This document shows positions 12,481 through 27,500 of a DNA stretch of 64,000 bases, piece after piece (the first letter of the stretch is position 1; every line of letters begins with the position of its first letter). The notes beneath the pieces are model-generated. The model did not search any database. It saw nothing but the letters and a program-made list of their open reading frames with translations, and was not told the DNA's origin. Source of the DNA: Lama glama (taxonomy: Eukaryota); NCBI GenBank assembly GCA_028534125.1, contig CM052817.1, positions 41,728,001 through 41,792,000 of the forward strand, given 5' to 3'. The translations under genes and the position numbers were made by a program.

Positions 12481-14735
12481 TGATATTCCAACATAATAAT
12501 TTTAAAAGTAAGAAAGTCAATGCTCAGGGAGATTGTTTCTTGTTCTAATCACCCACTAGCTTAGTGGCAGAGATGGAATCATAATTTGCTTCCCTAGAGC
12601 TTCTTTCTTTCATTCCCAAGTTTATCTCTTTCTGGCATCTCTGAAAAAATTGAATTTTGTTTTCTGTTTTCTGCATGTTGCTTTCCTGGATAAAGGAAGT
12701 CTATTTTCCTCAATCATTCTGGCCAATGAAAAGACAACTTCACCTACCTCCACATTGGGACTCAAATAATGAGGCTCAGATAAAATGCTCTCTCAGCTCA
12801 CATTCTTCTGATTTTTCAGGTTACAGAGCTTTAGTTCCCCTTTAAGCCCCAATTTCTAAATCCCTAAAAATTTGTTCAGCTATTCTATTATCACCATGGC
12901 CTCATATAATTCAATTTTGATTTACCTTTCTCATTGTTCTGAGACCAGTATCTCCAGCTACCATTCATTGATTTTTATTGCTTATCAGTGATATAATGAG
13001 AAGTCAATCAGTTGTGCACAACTTATTCCACATATGTAACTGTAAATATTAAGTATACAGGTTCTAGTGTGCTCTGGCTGAATAACTGTAATAGTTGTTA
13101 ACATTTTATGTGCTTAATAACTATCACAGGGACTTTAAAGTTTTAATAATTTTAAAGAAAATGAGAGTCCCCGTCATCCATTGGCCCATGCTCCCCCCAT
13201 CTTCCTACCTTTCTTCCTCAGTTATGTCTTGAGCTCCTACAATGTTCAAGCAGTGTTGAAGCAAAACCCAAGATTTTTGCACAGTGCCACCAACCTGAAG
13301 TGAAATTTGTATCATTGTATAAATGTTGACTTAGCAAAATATACTTCTCGTTCAACCAGTTTGTTCAACCCTGTGCTTAGTGACTGAAGGACCCAGGCTG
13401 TGTTTGTGTTACATTTTATCTAGCTTGCGGATGACGGAACACCAAGGGCCTGTGCTAATCAGACTGTCCAGCATCTGAACTACTAGAGGGTAGGTGAAGC
13501 ACTGATCCACTCAGATTGAAGAAACAAGTTAAACTTGGAAAGAAACTTGCTCAATAATAGCTCTAAATCATAGGGGTAGTGATTTATACTAAAATATGAA
13601 TGAGGACAATAGCAATAAATAACAGTGCTTCTGACAACCCTGATATTTAACCCAGATTATTTATATGTATTACAGGCTTATACTTGTTTGCAACCTTGGC
13701 AAAATTTTCTTTTGTTTTTATACTTTACAACAGCATCATTTGCTTTCATTTACCCATACAACAGAGAGCTGTAAATCAAAACGTCTTTCAAAGGAGCCAC
13801 ATCCTTTAACAAATGTAGAACATGTGGAAGAATCAAACAGCTAAACTCTAAAAAGAAAAATGGATTTTCCCAGCTACTGATATCTAAATGTAAAAATACT
13901 TGGTTATATATATGCCTTCGTTATAACATTTACTGGGCTCATTATGGTTTAGTATACTTTTCCCAAATTTTGAAAAAAAGCAAAAGTGTTAATAGCCATA
14001 GTATTTATAATAGAAAAAACAGAGCTGACATTTATTTTGTGTGACTTTTACAGTTTTAAGGCTGATACTCCACAGGTCAGATGTCAAATTAACCACACCT
14101 CAATTCCCTCTTTAAATATGTTTTCATTTACATTTGAAAAATATGCTTATAGTCATCTATTTTAGTATTTTATACTGTGCTTTTGGTTATTAGTAATAAA
14201 AAGTTCAAATTCAAGGACATTTTCTTATGATGTATCAGCCTTATATGTTATTTGCTTTTAATTACATTATTATTTTGATTGTTTTTTTGTGTGAGTGATC
14301 ACAGAATTTATCATATAATGAGTTGAAAACTGCTTAAGTGACTCTCTCCATTGAAAAAGCTATTTGCACAGGCCCGTATGTACTTCTTTCAGTATCTTAA
14401 AAATACTAACATCAAAGGCATTTTTAATAAATATTTTACACTAATTTAAAATAGAATCCTAGCAAACCTTATAAGAAAAATACCACCTGACAGTCTTTCC
14501 CAATTGAACTTCTCTATGAAGAGTATAATTCGAACTGTAATTAGTACATTGAATCTAATAAAGAAAATGACAGACATCGTGTGGAATGTTGGACTCAGTT
14601 TTTAACTTAGATTCAGAAAAATAGAAAGAATCTGGAATACATTCACATGAAGAGCAAAAAGACAAAAAAAAAGTTCCTTACTAGGATTGAACTCTAATCT
14701 AAATGGTCTACAAAGATAACAAAAATGTAAAAGCA

Positions 14736-14915
14736 CATAAATAACAGGATGTTATGAACACATAGAGAATATAGCCAATAATATTTCAACAACTTTGTAT
14801 GGTGAAGGATGGTAACTGGCTTTATTGCAATCATTTCATAATGTACAAAAATATTGATTCATTATGTTGTACCCCTAAAACTAATATAATATTGTAAGTT
14901 AAGTATAACCCAATA
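14736..14915 (+). mobile_element. 5'-truncated LINE-1 3' tail with target-site duplication
   Basis: gagaatatagccaataat...ttgtatggtga...atgttgtacccctaaaactaatataatattgta...caataaaa; flanked by AAAAATGTAAAAGCA (14721-14735) and AAAAGTGTAAAAGCA (14916-14930). Confidence 0.85.
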
Positions 14916-15699
14916 AAAAGTGTAAAAGCATAAAGCATACATTTGATCAGTCCTTTCTTTCTAGCCAGCTCAAAAGGAGAGCTGATTGAAATCTAACAGG
15001 AAAACATTGTGTATGCATCAAATGATCAAACTGTGAAACTCATACCAAATGAAACAATTTAACTGAAAAACCTGCACAGAGTTGAATATGCTAGTGACCA
15101 GCTGCCACTCAGATATACTAGTAAAGTTACCACTCCTGTTGGCTATTGATACTGGGTCCAGATTTCCTGATTTGAAACAAATAGTCTCAAGTTAAACTAC
15201 TTGTCCTTCATGGATGAAAATAATCAAAAGGTCCTGATTTGTGTTGCCTGGGTCTTCAGATAGTCCCTCATCAAATTCCTTAAATTTTCCAAAGACCACT
15301 CCAAAGACCACTTACTCTAATTCATCACAGCTAGAGTAGTTGTGGCAAATGGATACATGTACAATTTTAATTTCTTGAACTATAGAAGAATGCTCATTTG
15401 CTCCAATTTTGTGTTTGCTACACAGATAGTTATAATTTAGCAACATGTGTGACTCACTAAATGAAGTTTTAAAATGTTCAAAGTTGGAAATAATGGGATT
15501 ACTGTCCAGATAAGAGACAGAAATAAAGTGGAATAAAACACTTGGGGCTCTAGAATTTATTTTCTATGCCTAGGACCAGAATACTGGGAATTAACAAGGA
15601 ATCTGGGAAAAAAAAAAAACTTTGCAAGGAGAGCTATTAAGCTGTAGTATTGGTGAGGTTATGTATGCTCTAGAAGTTACATAAATTTAATACTCAAAA

Positions 15700-16200
15700 T
15701 AAATATTTACAGCATAGTCTAAAGTAGAGGCAATCTAAATGTCAAAGTGAAGAAGTAGATTATTGGTGACTACAAAGGTTATCAGGAAAGAAAGATATGA
15801 TGAAGGAATGTTAGTTGAGAGACTGCTAGAATGGCTGTTTAACCAATGTGGCTAAAAGAAGAAAGCAAGTTACATAAGAATGAGATTGAAGACATACTAT
15901 CATGGGGAGCAAAACTTATGGCTGGAGTAGCTATAATTAATGACTGAAATGTGGGAAGGCTGAAAATACAGGAGTTTCTTGTTTTACAAGGTTGATGATG
16001 CTGGACATGAAGCAGTTTCGAATGACATGTGGAGTAACTGCGCAAGTGGGTAACTGCCAAATTGTAGCAAAGGAACCTAAAAGAGTCAGAAGGACAAGAA
16101 ATTATAAGATCAGAACATTAACACTGTCACTATATAAATGCTGAAGTTACTAAAAGTAAATATAATTGATGAGAGAAAGAAAAAAATGTGTGAATTTGCT
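15700..16200 (-). mobile_element. Decayed LINE-2 internal fragment
   Basis: Purine-rich antisense L2-like text; family assignment tentative. Confidence 0.4.
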
Positions 16201-16401
16201 AACAATATACTTGAGAAGGATAAATTCCTTCACTCTTTTGTATAACCATCTCACATTTGTTGAGTTCCTTCTACTTTTCAATGACACTGAACCAAATGCA
16301 AGAAGAAAACTTATTTCTTTACCTTAGAGATAAAAGTTGGAACCAAATTTATACATGAGTAATATGGATTTGAAAATAAAGTCAAAAGAACTTAATTCTT
16401 C

Positions 16402-19400
16402 CATCAGTAATAAAGCTATCCTAAAAGAAAGGTTAAAGAGTCTTCTCTAAGTGGACAAGAAGTAATAATCTATAGAAAGAGAAAATCCCGCTAGGAAAGG
16501 CAAATATATAGTAAGGACTAAGGGTCAACAACTTAAATAAACTAGTACAATGATTAAAAGACAAAAAATTATATAAAAGCAACTATAACTACAATAAACA
16601 GTTAAGGGATAAATATGAAGACGTAAAATATGACATCAAAAACAAAATGTGGAGGAGGGAGGTAAAATGTAGATCTTTTAGAATGTGTTTGAATTTAAAT
16701 GACTACCAGCTTAAACAAGTAGATATAATAGGTTAACATATATGAACCCCATGCTAACCACAGATCAAAAACTTACAATGCATACACAAAAACTAAAACA
16801 AAAGGAACACAAGCATACTACTAATGAAAATCATAAAACCACAAAAAGAAACAAAAAGAAGAAATGAACAAAGAAAAACTACAAAACAACCAGAAAACAG
16901 GCAATAAAATGGCAGTAAATACATACCTATAAATATTTACTTTAAATGTCAATGGATCAAATGCTCCTATGAAAAGACATAGGGTGGCAGATTGGATTGA
17001 AAAACAGGACCATTTAATATGCTACCTACAAGAGACTCACTTCAGGGCTAAAGATACACACAGACTGAAAGTGAGTGGATGGAAAAAGAAGTTTCGTGCA
17101 AACTGAAATGACAAAAAGAGGAGTAACAATACATGTACCAGACAAAATAGACTTTAAAACAAAGGCTCTAAGAAAAGACAAAGAAGGACATTATACAATG
17201 ATAAAGAGATCAGTACAAGAGATATTATACTTTTAACATGTATGCACTCAGTATGAAACATATAAAGCAAATATATAAAGCAAATGCTATGAGACTTAAA
17301 GGGGGAAATTGACAATACAATAATAATAGGGGATGTTACACTGATACCAATGGACAAATCATCCACACAGAAAGTCAATAAGGTAACAAAGGTCTTAGAT
17401 GCTACAACAGACTGGTTAAACTTAATAGATATTTACAGGGCATGACAACCAAAAACAGCCGAATACAAATTCTTTCAAATGCATATGGAATATTCTCCAA
17501 GATAGATTACATACCAGGTTGCAAAACAAGCCTCAACAAATTGAAGAGGATAGAAATCATATCAAGCATTTTCATGGACCACAACAATAGGAAACTGGAA
17601 ATCAACTCATAAAGAAAAGTGGGAAAAGAACAAACACACATGAAGAATAAACAACATGCTCCTTAAAAACCAACATGTCAATGAAGAAATCAAAGAGTAA
17701 ATCAGAAAATCCCTCAAGACAAATGAATATAGGAATACAACACTCCAAAATCTAGGGGACACAGCAAGAGCAGTTCTAAGAGGGAAATTTATAACAATAC
17801 AGGCCTTCCTCAAGAAATAAGAAAAGTCTCAAATAAACAACCTAACTTACCACCTAAAGGAATTACAAAAAGAAGAACAAACAAAGCCCAAAGTCAGCAG
17901 AAAGCGGAAATAATAAAGATCATAGAGGGAATAAATAAAACAGAGATCTAAAAACATAATAGGAAAGATCAATAAAACCAAGGGGTGCTTTTTTGAAAAG
18001 ATAAACAAAATTGATAAACCTTTAGCCTGGCTCACCAAGAAGAAAAGAGAGGGGACACAAATAAACAAAATAAGAAAGGAAAGAGAAGAAATAGAACCCA
18101 TACCACAGAGATATAAAAAATCAGAAGAAAATACTATGTATATTTATATATGAAGTAATTGGACAACACAGAAGAAACTGACAAATTTATAGAAAGATTA
18201 AACCTGCCAAGACTGAATTAAGAAGAAACAAATCATTTGAACATACCAATCACTAGTAGTGAAATTAATAAAATTTCTGTAATAAAAGCACTCCCAGCAA
18301 ACAAAAGCCAGGACTGGATGGTTTCACAGGAGAACTCTACCAAACATATAAAGAAGAGCTAGTAACTATCTTTCTCAAACTAGTCCAAAATATTGAAGAG
18401 GATGTAACATCCCCAAATTCATACTACAAGGCCAACATTACCCAAATACCAAAATGAGATGAAGACACTACAAAAAAAGAAAATCCTAGGCCAATATCTT
18501 TGATGAATATAGATGCAAAAATCCTCAACAACATATTAGCAAATCAAAAACAACAATATATAAAAAGGATAACACACTATGATCAAGTTGGATTTACTGC
18601 AGGGATGCAAGAACGGTTCAATATTTCAAATCAATCAATATGATACACCACATTAACAAAAGGATGGGAAAAATCACCTGATCATCTCAGTAGATGCAGA
18701 AAAAGCATTTGACAAAAATGGACATCCCTCCATGATAAAAAACAAAACAAAACAAAAAACTAACTCTTGTCGAAGTGGGTATAGAGGGACATACCTCAAC
18801 ATAATAAAGGCCATTTATGACAAACTCACATCATACTTAACAAGAAAAGGAAATAAAAGGCACCCATACTTGAAGGGAAAAAGTAAAACTGTCACTGGCT
18901 GCAGATGACATGATTACTTTATACAGAAAACCCTAAAGTTTCCACCAAAAAATATTAGAACTAATAAATGAATTCATCAAAGTTTCAGGATACAAGATTA
19001 ATATACAGAAATCTGTTGCTTTTCTATATATACACTAATAATTAACCATCAGATAGAGAAAATTAAAAGTAATCCTGTTTAAAATTGCATCAAAAAGAAA
19101 AAAATATTTAGGAATAAACTTAACCAAGGAAGTGGAAGTCCTATACTCTGAAAACTATGGAACACTGATGAAGAAAACTCAAGATAATACAAAGAAATGG
19201 AAAGATATCCTGTGCTCTTGAACTGGAAGAATTAATGTTAAAATATCCATATTACCAACAGCAATGTACAGACTTAATGCAACACCTACCAAAATGCCCA
19301 TGACATTTTTTAAAGAACTAAAACAAATCAGCCTAAAATTCATATGGAACCACAAAAGACCCCAAAATGCCAAAGCAATTTTGAGGAAAAAAAAAAGAAT

Positions 19401-19409
19401 AAATCTGGA
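16402..19409 (+). mobile_element. LINE-1 fragment: ORF1 end, inter-ORF spacer, ORF2 endonuclease and reverse transcriptase (inactive, truncated at both ends)
   Basis: ORF1 stop ~16450; ORF2 ATG at 16909; EN motifs LNVNG.NAP, LQETH, DHN; RT motifs [34 protein letters not shown] 19264-19446 [32 protein letters not shown]; many stops and frameshifts. Confidence 0.97.
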
Positions 19410-19744
19410 TAAGTTTCTTCAACTATTGCAATCAAACATGATTTAATTAACTCAACATCAGCAAATGGTTTTCCTTGCTTAATTAACAAACGAATGACTC
19501 GGAAAGTAACAATGGCTGCATCTTCATTTTCATTTTTTACTTTTGTGAAGGAAGTCTGCTATGATGAGACATTTCATTTTAGTTTTTAAATTTTTCTAAC
19601 TATTCTTTTCTTATGATTTGGGAATATTATTGATGATTGCTTCATTTGGTAATGTAGATAAACATTTTATTACTTTAGCACAACCACAGCACCACCGCTT
19701 TGCCAATGATGTGATATGACCATATATGTGGCACTTAAAAGACT

Positions 19745-20082
19745 ACAGAATTATAACTGTGCCACTGTAATTGGAAGTGCACTGAACAGCAATGCAAAAT
19801 GATGACAGCACACATATAGTTTCTGTGGTTGCTGCTCAACTTTGTTATTATGACATAAACAGCCACAGGTGATACATAAACAGATGAGCATAAATAAAAC
19901 TAATAAAACTTTATTTATAGACATTGAAATTTGAATATAATTTTGATGTGTCATGAAATATTACTCTTCTTTTGATTTTTTTCAACCATTTCAAAAGGTA
20001 AAAACCATTCTAGGCATTGCAGGCATAGCAAAACCAACAGCAGGCCAGAATTGGCTGTCACGAGCCAGTTTTCAAGCTCTTG
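19745..20082 (+). mobile_element. MER58B-like hAT-Charlie element
   Basis: ctcaactttgttattatgacataaacagccacagg...aataaaactttatttatagacattgaaatttgaat...ttcaaccatttcaaaaggtaaaaaccattc...ggccagaattggc; left boundary uncertain. Confidence 0.8.
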
Positions 20083-20283
20083 TTCTACAGCTTAGGGTGT
20101 TTCATGTTTAAAGGCAAAACAGGGTGAGTTATTAATCAGGAATTTCATGTGTCATTATAATTCAGGTTAAATATGAATGGCACAGAATATTCACTGCAGA
20201 AATATCATTTTGCTCAAGCCTTGAGGTAAGATGCATGATAAAAGAATCAAACATCAAAATATCCCTTGACTCATTCCTTAAGG

Positions 20284-20440
20284 CAGTGTTCCTTGACACG
20301 TGATCCACGTAGCAAACGCCTTGGAAGGGGTGCTTATTATAAAGGCATATTCATGCCCCTCTAATTTTATTTCATTAGAAATCTATACTTTTCTTAAGCT
20401 ATCCAGTTAATTTTTGTGTATTAAGTTTAAGAACAACTTC
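20284..20440. mobile_element. MER5-like hAT-Charlie MITE
   Basis: cagtgttccttgacacgtgatcc...ggtgcttattataaaggcatattc...aagtttaagaacaact. Confidence 0.6.
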
Positions 20441-21829
20441 CTTAATATGGAAATATTTTGGTAGGTATTATAAGTGACCAAATCAATGTTTCATGGACAT
20501 GGGTGAAACCCAAGAAGCCCATATGTGTATCTAATTATCTATAGACATGTTGTAAAAACTGACTGTGGCATTAACCTATTCAATAAATCTCATTCTAACG
20601 AACTGGTACTAGGACAAAGGAAAACTAGAAAACTCAGTCATACGTGCATGCTAAACATGCACACATAGTACACACACACAGACATACACATTGACACACA
20701 ATCCTCTGTCCTACAGTAGGAAATAATTTAATGTATCTACAAAAGTTTTATAAATTTCTCCTTATAATTACTCAAGCTATAATTTGACATATGATTTCAT
20801 CTATGATTATCAGGAATTTGTATGTTTTCATGTTGGTAAGATATTAGGAGAGAAGAGAATAATTGCAAATCTGATTTGAATTATGCTCTCCCTCAAAAAC
20901 CCTTTGTTTTTGGCAAAATCTTTATTCTGTGAAACTTTGAAGCTTGTGCTATCTAACGAAGCCAAGATTTAATATAAATAATTTTCATTTAATCCTTAGA
21001 CAATACAAAAGTTCTGGAATATTCTCATTTGTCTTAATTAAAATTTTTTACATTTTAAGATATGTTCACACAAACCTAATTCCCAAATATAAGAAAAACT
21101 AAACTATATTTTTTAAGACATAGCACAGACCACATAGTAAAAAAGCCAGTAAAGATGACACTTGTTCAAGGAATGCATCTGAGCATACTTGCTAAGGAGA
21201 GCCTACATTCAAAGTCAAGATTATAAGAGAAGTATATTCTGAATTTTGATAATTCCATAGCAGCCTTTTAAACATAACATATACATGAACATACCTTAAC
21301 GTAGGCACTTAAACACATGTGAGAAACTTGTACTCATCATTTAAAAAGCAAGAATTTTAATTTATTGCATAAACTATATTGAAGCAATAGTGAAAATGGT
21401 TAAAAACGAAAAACTAGGCAAAATCCCACTATTTTAACAAATCAATATTATCCTGCTCCCAAGTCAAAATGCACTCATTATTTTTACAGTTGCCAATCAT
21501 TGTGGGGATAAAACTTTGTGTCTTTGAAAAAAAAAAAAGAATTTTCTGCATGGTCTCATTATCATCATTAAGGGTACCTATAGTAATGTCATTGAGTAGG
21601 TGAATTCTAATTACATTCAACAGTCTTCGAATGTTGGAAAGGAGGTTAATTACTGATTTCTTAACTTTAAAAATGTATTCTAACAAGAACTAACTAGAAA
21701 GAAACCATTCAAGTGTTCCTAATCATTAAGGGTAGATTGGGGTTAAGTAGGAGATAACTTTCCCTATTAGATTAACATACCAGTTGCTGTTGTCATAGGT
21801 CTTACTCAGCAGTTAGTACGGCACCAACT

Positions 21830-22262
21830 GTGAAACAGTCATTCACATCTCTTTTCCTCTTTTCATAGGCACACAGATAGATCACATTCTCAGCTTCATT
21901 TTTGATTAGCTTTGGCCATATAACGGAGTTCTGGGTAATAGAATGTAAGCACAATCCAACATGCAAGGATTCTACATTGCCTCATTAAACATACTAGAAG
22001 CCAACCTCCATGACCTTTCTTATTCTTTCATTGGAAGGAGACAGCTATAAAACCTGGGAATCCATGTCTTAAAGATGACAGGGACACCAATAACCTGGGT
22101 TCTTAATTGACTAAGTGCGATGAAACTATCTCTTATTTTCCACTAAACTGAAAAAGTTCATGACTGTGTCTTGTGAGCAAGAAATAAACTTCTAGTTGTT
22201 CGAGCAATTATAAATGTTCTGGTCAATTTTTTACAACAGTTACTATTACTCTATTATATAAT
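21830..22262 (+). mobile_element. MLT1-family (MaLR) solo LTR
   Basis: tttgattagctttggccatataacggagttctgggtaatagaatgtaagc...cttaaagatgacagggac...tgagcaagaaataaacttctagttgtt...ttacaacag. Confidence 0.75.
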
Positions 22263-23039
22263 ATTTGGGGATATAGGTAAAAGAAGAGGCTGCACTTTCC
22301 CTTTTCTCTCCAAGATAAAAGTGCTAGCACTTTTGTCCCCCCAAGTGCCTGCACCAATTTTGACTTCCTTGCCATTACCATGTCGAGTTTCTACTTGAAC
22401 CTGTAGTAGAGTCTAAAAACAGTGTTTCTATGATCTCCCATCTATACCCAAACTGAGTGAACCTTATCTAGATTCTATCATCACATCTAAAATGGTAAAA
22501 TAACCATTAAATCCTGTAGTCTTAGTTCTTCTTAACTGACAACTCTGATAATGTAAAACCATGTATATCAACATTTTACAAAACAGAATGTATTAGAATG
22601 GAACGAAACCTCCAAAAGTTCTTGGTACATCTGCAGATATAATTCTATCTAGGACAGGTTAGTATTACATTAGATTGTTTTGGAAACCAATATTTATCTA
22701 TTTTATTAAAATTAAAGTCTTGAAGAAAGGCATGCTGCTTCTGCAATTTCAGGAATGTTTGATCTTCTGCCAACAATAACACTGACATGTAACTATGCCA
22801 ATGATCTGCTATACCTATCATGAACCTAATCATAAAATGTAACGGTACAGTATCATGCCTTATTCTTAAATGAACAAAATAGGAGATTCCTTAACTACAA
22901 CTTACATCAACTCTATATGTATTTAATCTCAGCTAGGTCTTCAATTTAACTTTGCATTCCTTAAATTCAGCTGACAATCTATCTTATTTCCTATGATAGC
23001 CCTTCCAGAAGTTTTCTACTCTTCTTAGGTGTCCACCTC

Positions 23040-23530
23040 CAATCTTGCATTTCTCATTTTCAGCAGTTACGTTACTGAGACAATGCAGAGCATCATAATA
23101 AGGTCACACAAATTCTTCACCTTTCACCTGTCTACACACATTTTCATCTATATGCTCTTCCTTACTTCCCAAAGCAGATGAATAACTTTCCAGCATCTCT
23201 TTGAATCTTTATCATACACTACATCCTAGACTCTAGATATACCCCCATCCTTACTCTTAATTCTTAATTTTTACCTCCTCCAGGTTTTCTCTATGATGCT
23301 TCCTCATTTTTCCAGTACATACCACTTTCCCTTCCTCCCTATTAATTTATTTTCTCAGTCTAAAGCAAAATTCTATATATCCATAAAGATAAAAAGAAAG
23401 AAAGGAAATCTTCCTCAAGGACTCTCAATATTATTCCACCTTTCTCTTCTTTTTCACTAACAAACTTTTAAAAGGATAATCTACCTTTTCTGCTTCTTTC
23501 TCTTCCCCAGCTCCTGGCTTCTTAATTCAT
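23040..23530 (+). mobile_element. LINE-2 internal fragment
   Basis: Pyrimidine-rich L2 ORF2-like text (ttactgagacaatgcagagcatc, ttttcactaacaaacttttaaaagg); followed by an antisense L2-like piece ~23540-23700. Confidence 0.55.
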
Positions 23531-24429
23531 CTTAATCTAGATTTATGAGGAGGTAGGCTGGATATTGTCAGCTGAAGATGGGCTAAGATAGCCATGGAAG
23601 TAGGGGAGCAAAGGTAAGACAAAAGGACAACATATTTGGAGGAAAGAATGCTTATCTTATTGGGTGGCTGTGGGGAAAGAGAGGGAAAAAGGGCTGGGAA
23701 AGTAGAAAATGATAGAGTGTAAAGGGCCCTAAATTTCAACATCTATGCAGCATATACCCAAGTAGTTTCACTGTAGTTATTTTTACCTAAATAATTATTT
23801 CACAACCTCTAAAACCACCAAAATATGACAATACACTTTAAATTCAGGAAAATGGGTAAGTAAGGGACCTGAGTTACTCTTTTGGGTCCCACGTCCCTGT
23901 CTTTTGCTATATCCTGTCGCTTATTTCTTGGTATTGTATTCTTCTGCCTTTAGACCAAATCTAATTATCAATGTCCTTATCACATTAGGACAATTCAGTT
24001 TTCTTTGCCACTATCAGAACACTCATTTTCATATATTTCATGTAATATATAAAATACAGTGAAGAGAAATCGGAGACTATAAATAAGCCATTAATACGGG
24101 ATATTCTGGTTAAAAGAATGAGAAATAACTATTTACTATCACTTCCAATATTTCTTATGGGCTTCTTGAGATATGATTCTCCCATAAGATTACTGTGACT
24201 ATAATGGGGAGCTTACTGAACCAATAATTCAGTCTTGCAAACAGATTTGCTCTTTTAGGAATTAATTACATACAATTGTCACTGTTCTGTCTGAGCTTCC
24301 TCAGAGATTTCTGGTGTGTAATGGTTTTCAGATGCCTGTTGAAAGCAAAGTCCATGGATGACCTGATATGTGCATACCTGCAGGAACTGACAGATTGATT
24401 TTCAACTTAATGATTTTTCTCTGTATTCC

Positions 24430-24590
24430 AGATACTGTTCTATATGCTTTAACATTAATTAACTTATTTAATTTTTAAAATATGAAAAGTGGCTCAGAGA
24501 AGCCTAGGGTTTGAGCTAAAGTGTAAGAGACAGGATCTACCCAGGCAGATGAGCACCTGGCCCATACTCTTTTCATCACATCATTTGGGC
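24430..24590 (-). mobile_element. MIR SINE fragment
   Basis: ccagatactgttctatatgctttaac...gaaaagtggctcagagaag...acccaggcagatg. Confidence 0.6.
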
Positions 24591-27500
24591 CTTTCCTAAG
24601 GCACCAAAAGCTGCCACTTCTATGCACAACCTATCCCAAGTATGTTAATCCCAGTAAAAACAGTTTCATGTGGACAACAGAGGCTAGGAGTATCTTCACA
24701 AAAAATGTCATAATTTAAGGGAAAGTGACCTGAGGAAAGAGATGTTCTATTTTCTCTCAATAACAAGCAAACTTGTGTATTTTAGTTTACCTGGTTTTCA
24801 GATTAGAAAGCCAGTGATATTGCTCTGCAATAACTAAACAGAAATTGATCATTTTTCTAGATGGAACTGAAGGACTAAGATTATTCATGCACTGTTGATT
24901 ACAGGAGGACATGTGGGCAGCAATAGTGAATTAGAGTTTTCTCACAGAGAAGAGAGAGGCAGAGACCAGAGAAACTTCCACAAGCATTTCTGTACATTTC
25001 TATAGATAATTCAATTTTGTTTATAGGTATTAATTTCCCAGAGTTTAACTTAAACTCAGTCTTACTGCTCTTAATTTTCATCCTTGGTAACAAGAAAGGT
25101 ACTATTATTCTGTACAGAAGGACTAAAGATATGCTGATTATCAGTATCATTTCCATAATCTAAAGACTACACTAACAATTCATTGTCTTTAAGGATATGT
25201 ATACAGCAAGCTAGATTATTCTTTCATTATGTCTTCCAGAAATTGACATTTTCTCTAAGGTCATAGAATGTTAGTTATAGACAGCAGTAGGTCAGCAGAT
25301 CCAGGTCCAATCAAAGACAGTCATTGGTGAGAAAGATTCCAGTTTATTGAACTAGAAAGCTATGTTGATTGGCACTAACTTGAAGCAACCCAAGACCTAT
25401 TAACTTCTTTGTTAGGTAGACATATATTGTGTTTATGTTAAGGGGCAGAAGTAGATTCCTCTCCAGTCCCCCTAAGTCAAGATAGGTCATGGAACGTGAA
25501 ATAGACGTAAGTCAGAAAAAGACAGCTGCGTATATACTGAGCTGGAGGCTGATCTAACTATGAAGGATGGTATTAACACAGTTTATTTCCATAATATATT
25601 TCCAGAAAGTTAAGCATTTTTTTCTTCCATTTTGTCAATTTTTCCAAGGTTAGTACCCAAATGCTCCGTGAATCAGAACACAGACTCAATTGGAACAGTT
25701 TCCAGTTTATCTGATGAGGCATATTTGTTTTATGATACAAGATTTTAAACCCCACTAGCAATTAACTAGGATGAAATGCTTAATATAGGCAAACTTAATG
25801 CAGACTTTATATGTTTATTTTAAAAAACATAAAATGTAAAATATTTGCAGAGATGCACTTCTTTCTTACTTAGCAGACACAGTGAGGCGAAATGGCCAGG
25901 AAAAAAATACTCCATAAAATTCCAGAATTTACCCAAGTAGCTATAACTTAAAAAGGGACAAATAAAAATAGTTGTATGGCCTTATCTGAGTACAGTTTTC
26001 TAGAATGACCTCATATCCACCACAGACATGCAGATTAGCCTGCACTGATGCCAACATTTCAGACATTTGGTAAGATATTTATCTCCATTCCACTAAGAGA
26101 CAGCTTAGTGCTGTATATAAAAGCATAGAAATAATTTATTTCTTTAGCGCTTCCACGAGAAATTTTCTGTGCCATACGTTTTTTAAATTGATAAATGTCT
26201 TTTTAACAGAAGGTGAAAAAGGAATAAGCCAAATATGGTTCATGAAATGTATGTAAAGAGTTTCTGAAAAATGGATATTTACAAAATTGAAATACATCCT
26301 CTCCACTGTGTTAAGCAAAAGAAAATACAAAGTATGTCATGAGAATGTCCCAACCTTGTGATTAACTTGAGTAACTGAAAAGGGCTGAGAAGATTTCTGA
26401 AAGGCCATTATAAAAATAAATCTATTTATGCATCTCCTCAAGCATCATTGTAGAGTTTTTCCACTCCACCTCATTCTCCCACCTGTTTGGAAAGATATGT
26501 CCTGGCAGTGTGTCTAGAACCTAATATCATTCCTAACCACATACAAATTGAATTCCAGCCTCATAGCATCAAATCTCTGGGGAATAAAATCTGGCCACAT
26601 ACAAAGAACACAAAGTGTTCCTTAACAAGATGGCAGGTATTTGGCACATGAATCAGGTTTTGTTTAAACAAGCTGATTAGCAGTATCACGCTGGCAAGTT
26701 CATTGTTTATAATCATTCTATTTCATTTGCCTATAAAAAGTAGAAGCACACATTCCGTTTTATAAGCCTAGTATGAATCAATAGGGATTTTTTTTTCTCT
26801 CGAGTAAATACTGGATAGCTAAAACAAGGGGGGAAATGATAATTTAAGTACAAGGGATTTTAAAGCCCACCAACATTGCTGTAAGGAAAAGGTTCTGCTA
26901 ACAATTACCCCATTAACCACATTCAAACTATTGTGGAAAAAAAATAGACACACCAGTAAATCTCACTGTATTTCCTGCCTAAAATCAGTGTAGATAAATG
27001 AACTCACATCTAGGATTACTACTTTTAAATATCACTTTCAGATCCTCCTTGCCAAAGGAGTCTTACCACCTTCTCAAGAGAACTATCACATTTAGGTATT
27101 TTTGAAAAAGTGTTAAGTCAGTTAAACTTGTTTGATGACTAGTGTTTGATAACTGAATATTAGGATTTAACATTTTAATATAAATCATGTCATTTTTATT
27201 TCCACAAAGGCCAAGGTATGTGAAACCTGCTTTCTTTTTTTTTTAAATATAACATTTATTGCTTAGATGGTTTGATACAGGTTTTCTTCTCATTTTGAAT
27301 TTGGAAGTACTATACAACTGAATACAAAGAGGAACGAAAGTACCGAAACTGAATGTGTGATTCTCTGTTCATGTGGCATAAACCAGTTTTGTACATAACA
27401 TTTAGCAGCGGTTTTTAAGCTCCCTTTAGAAAAATATGAATTCTACACATTTATTATTGTTTCCTGTTTAATGCATGGGCTGAAATCTCTAGGATCAACT

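Noticed and set aside
15289..15312. 12-bp tandem duplication CCAAAGACCACT x2
   Set aside because: Ordinary slippage-size duplication with no further structure.
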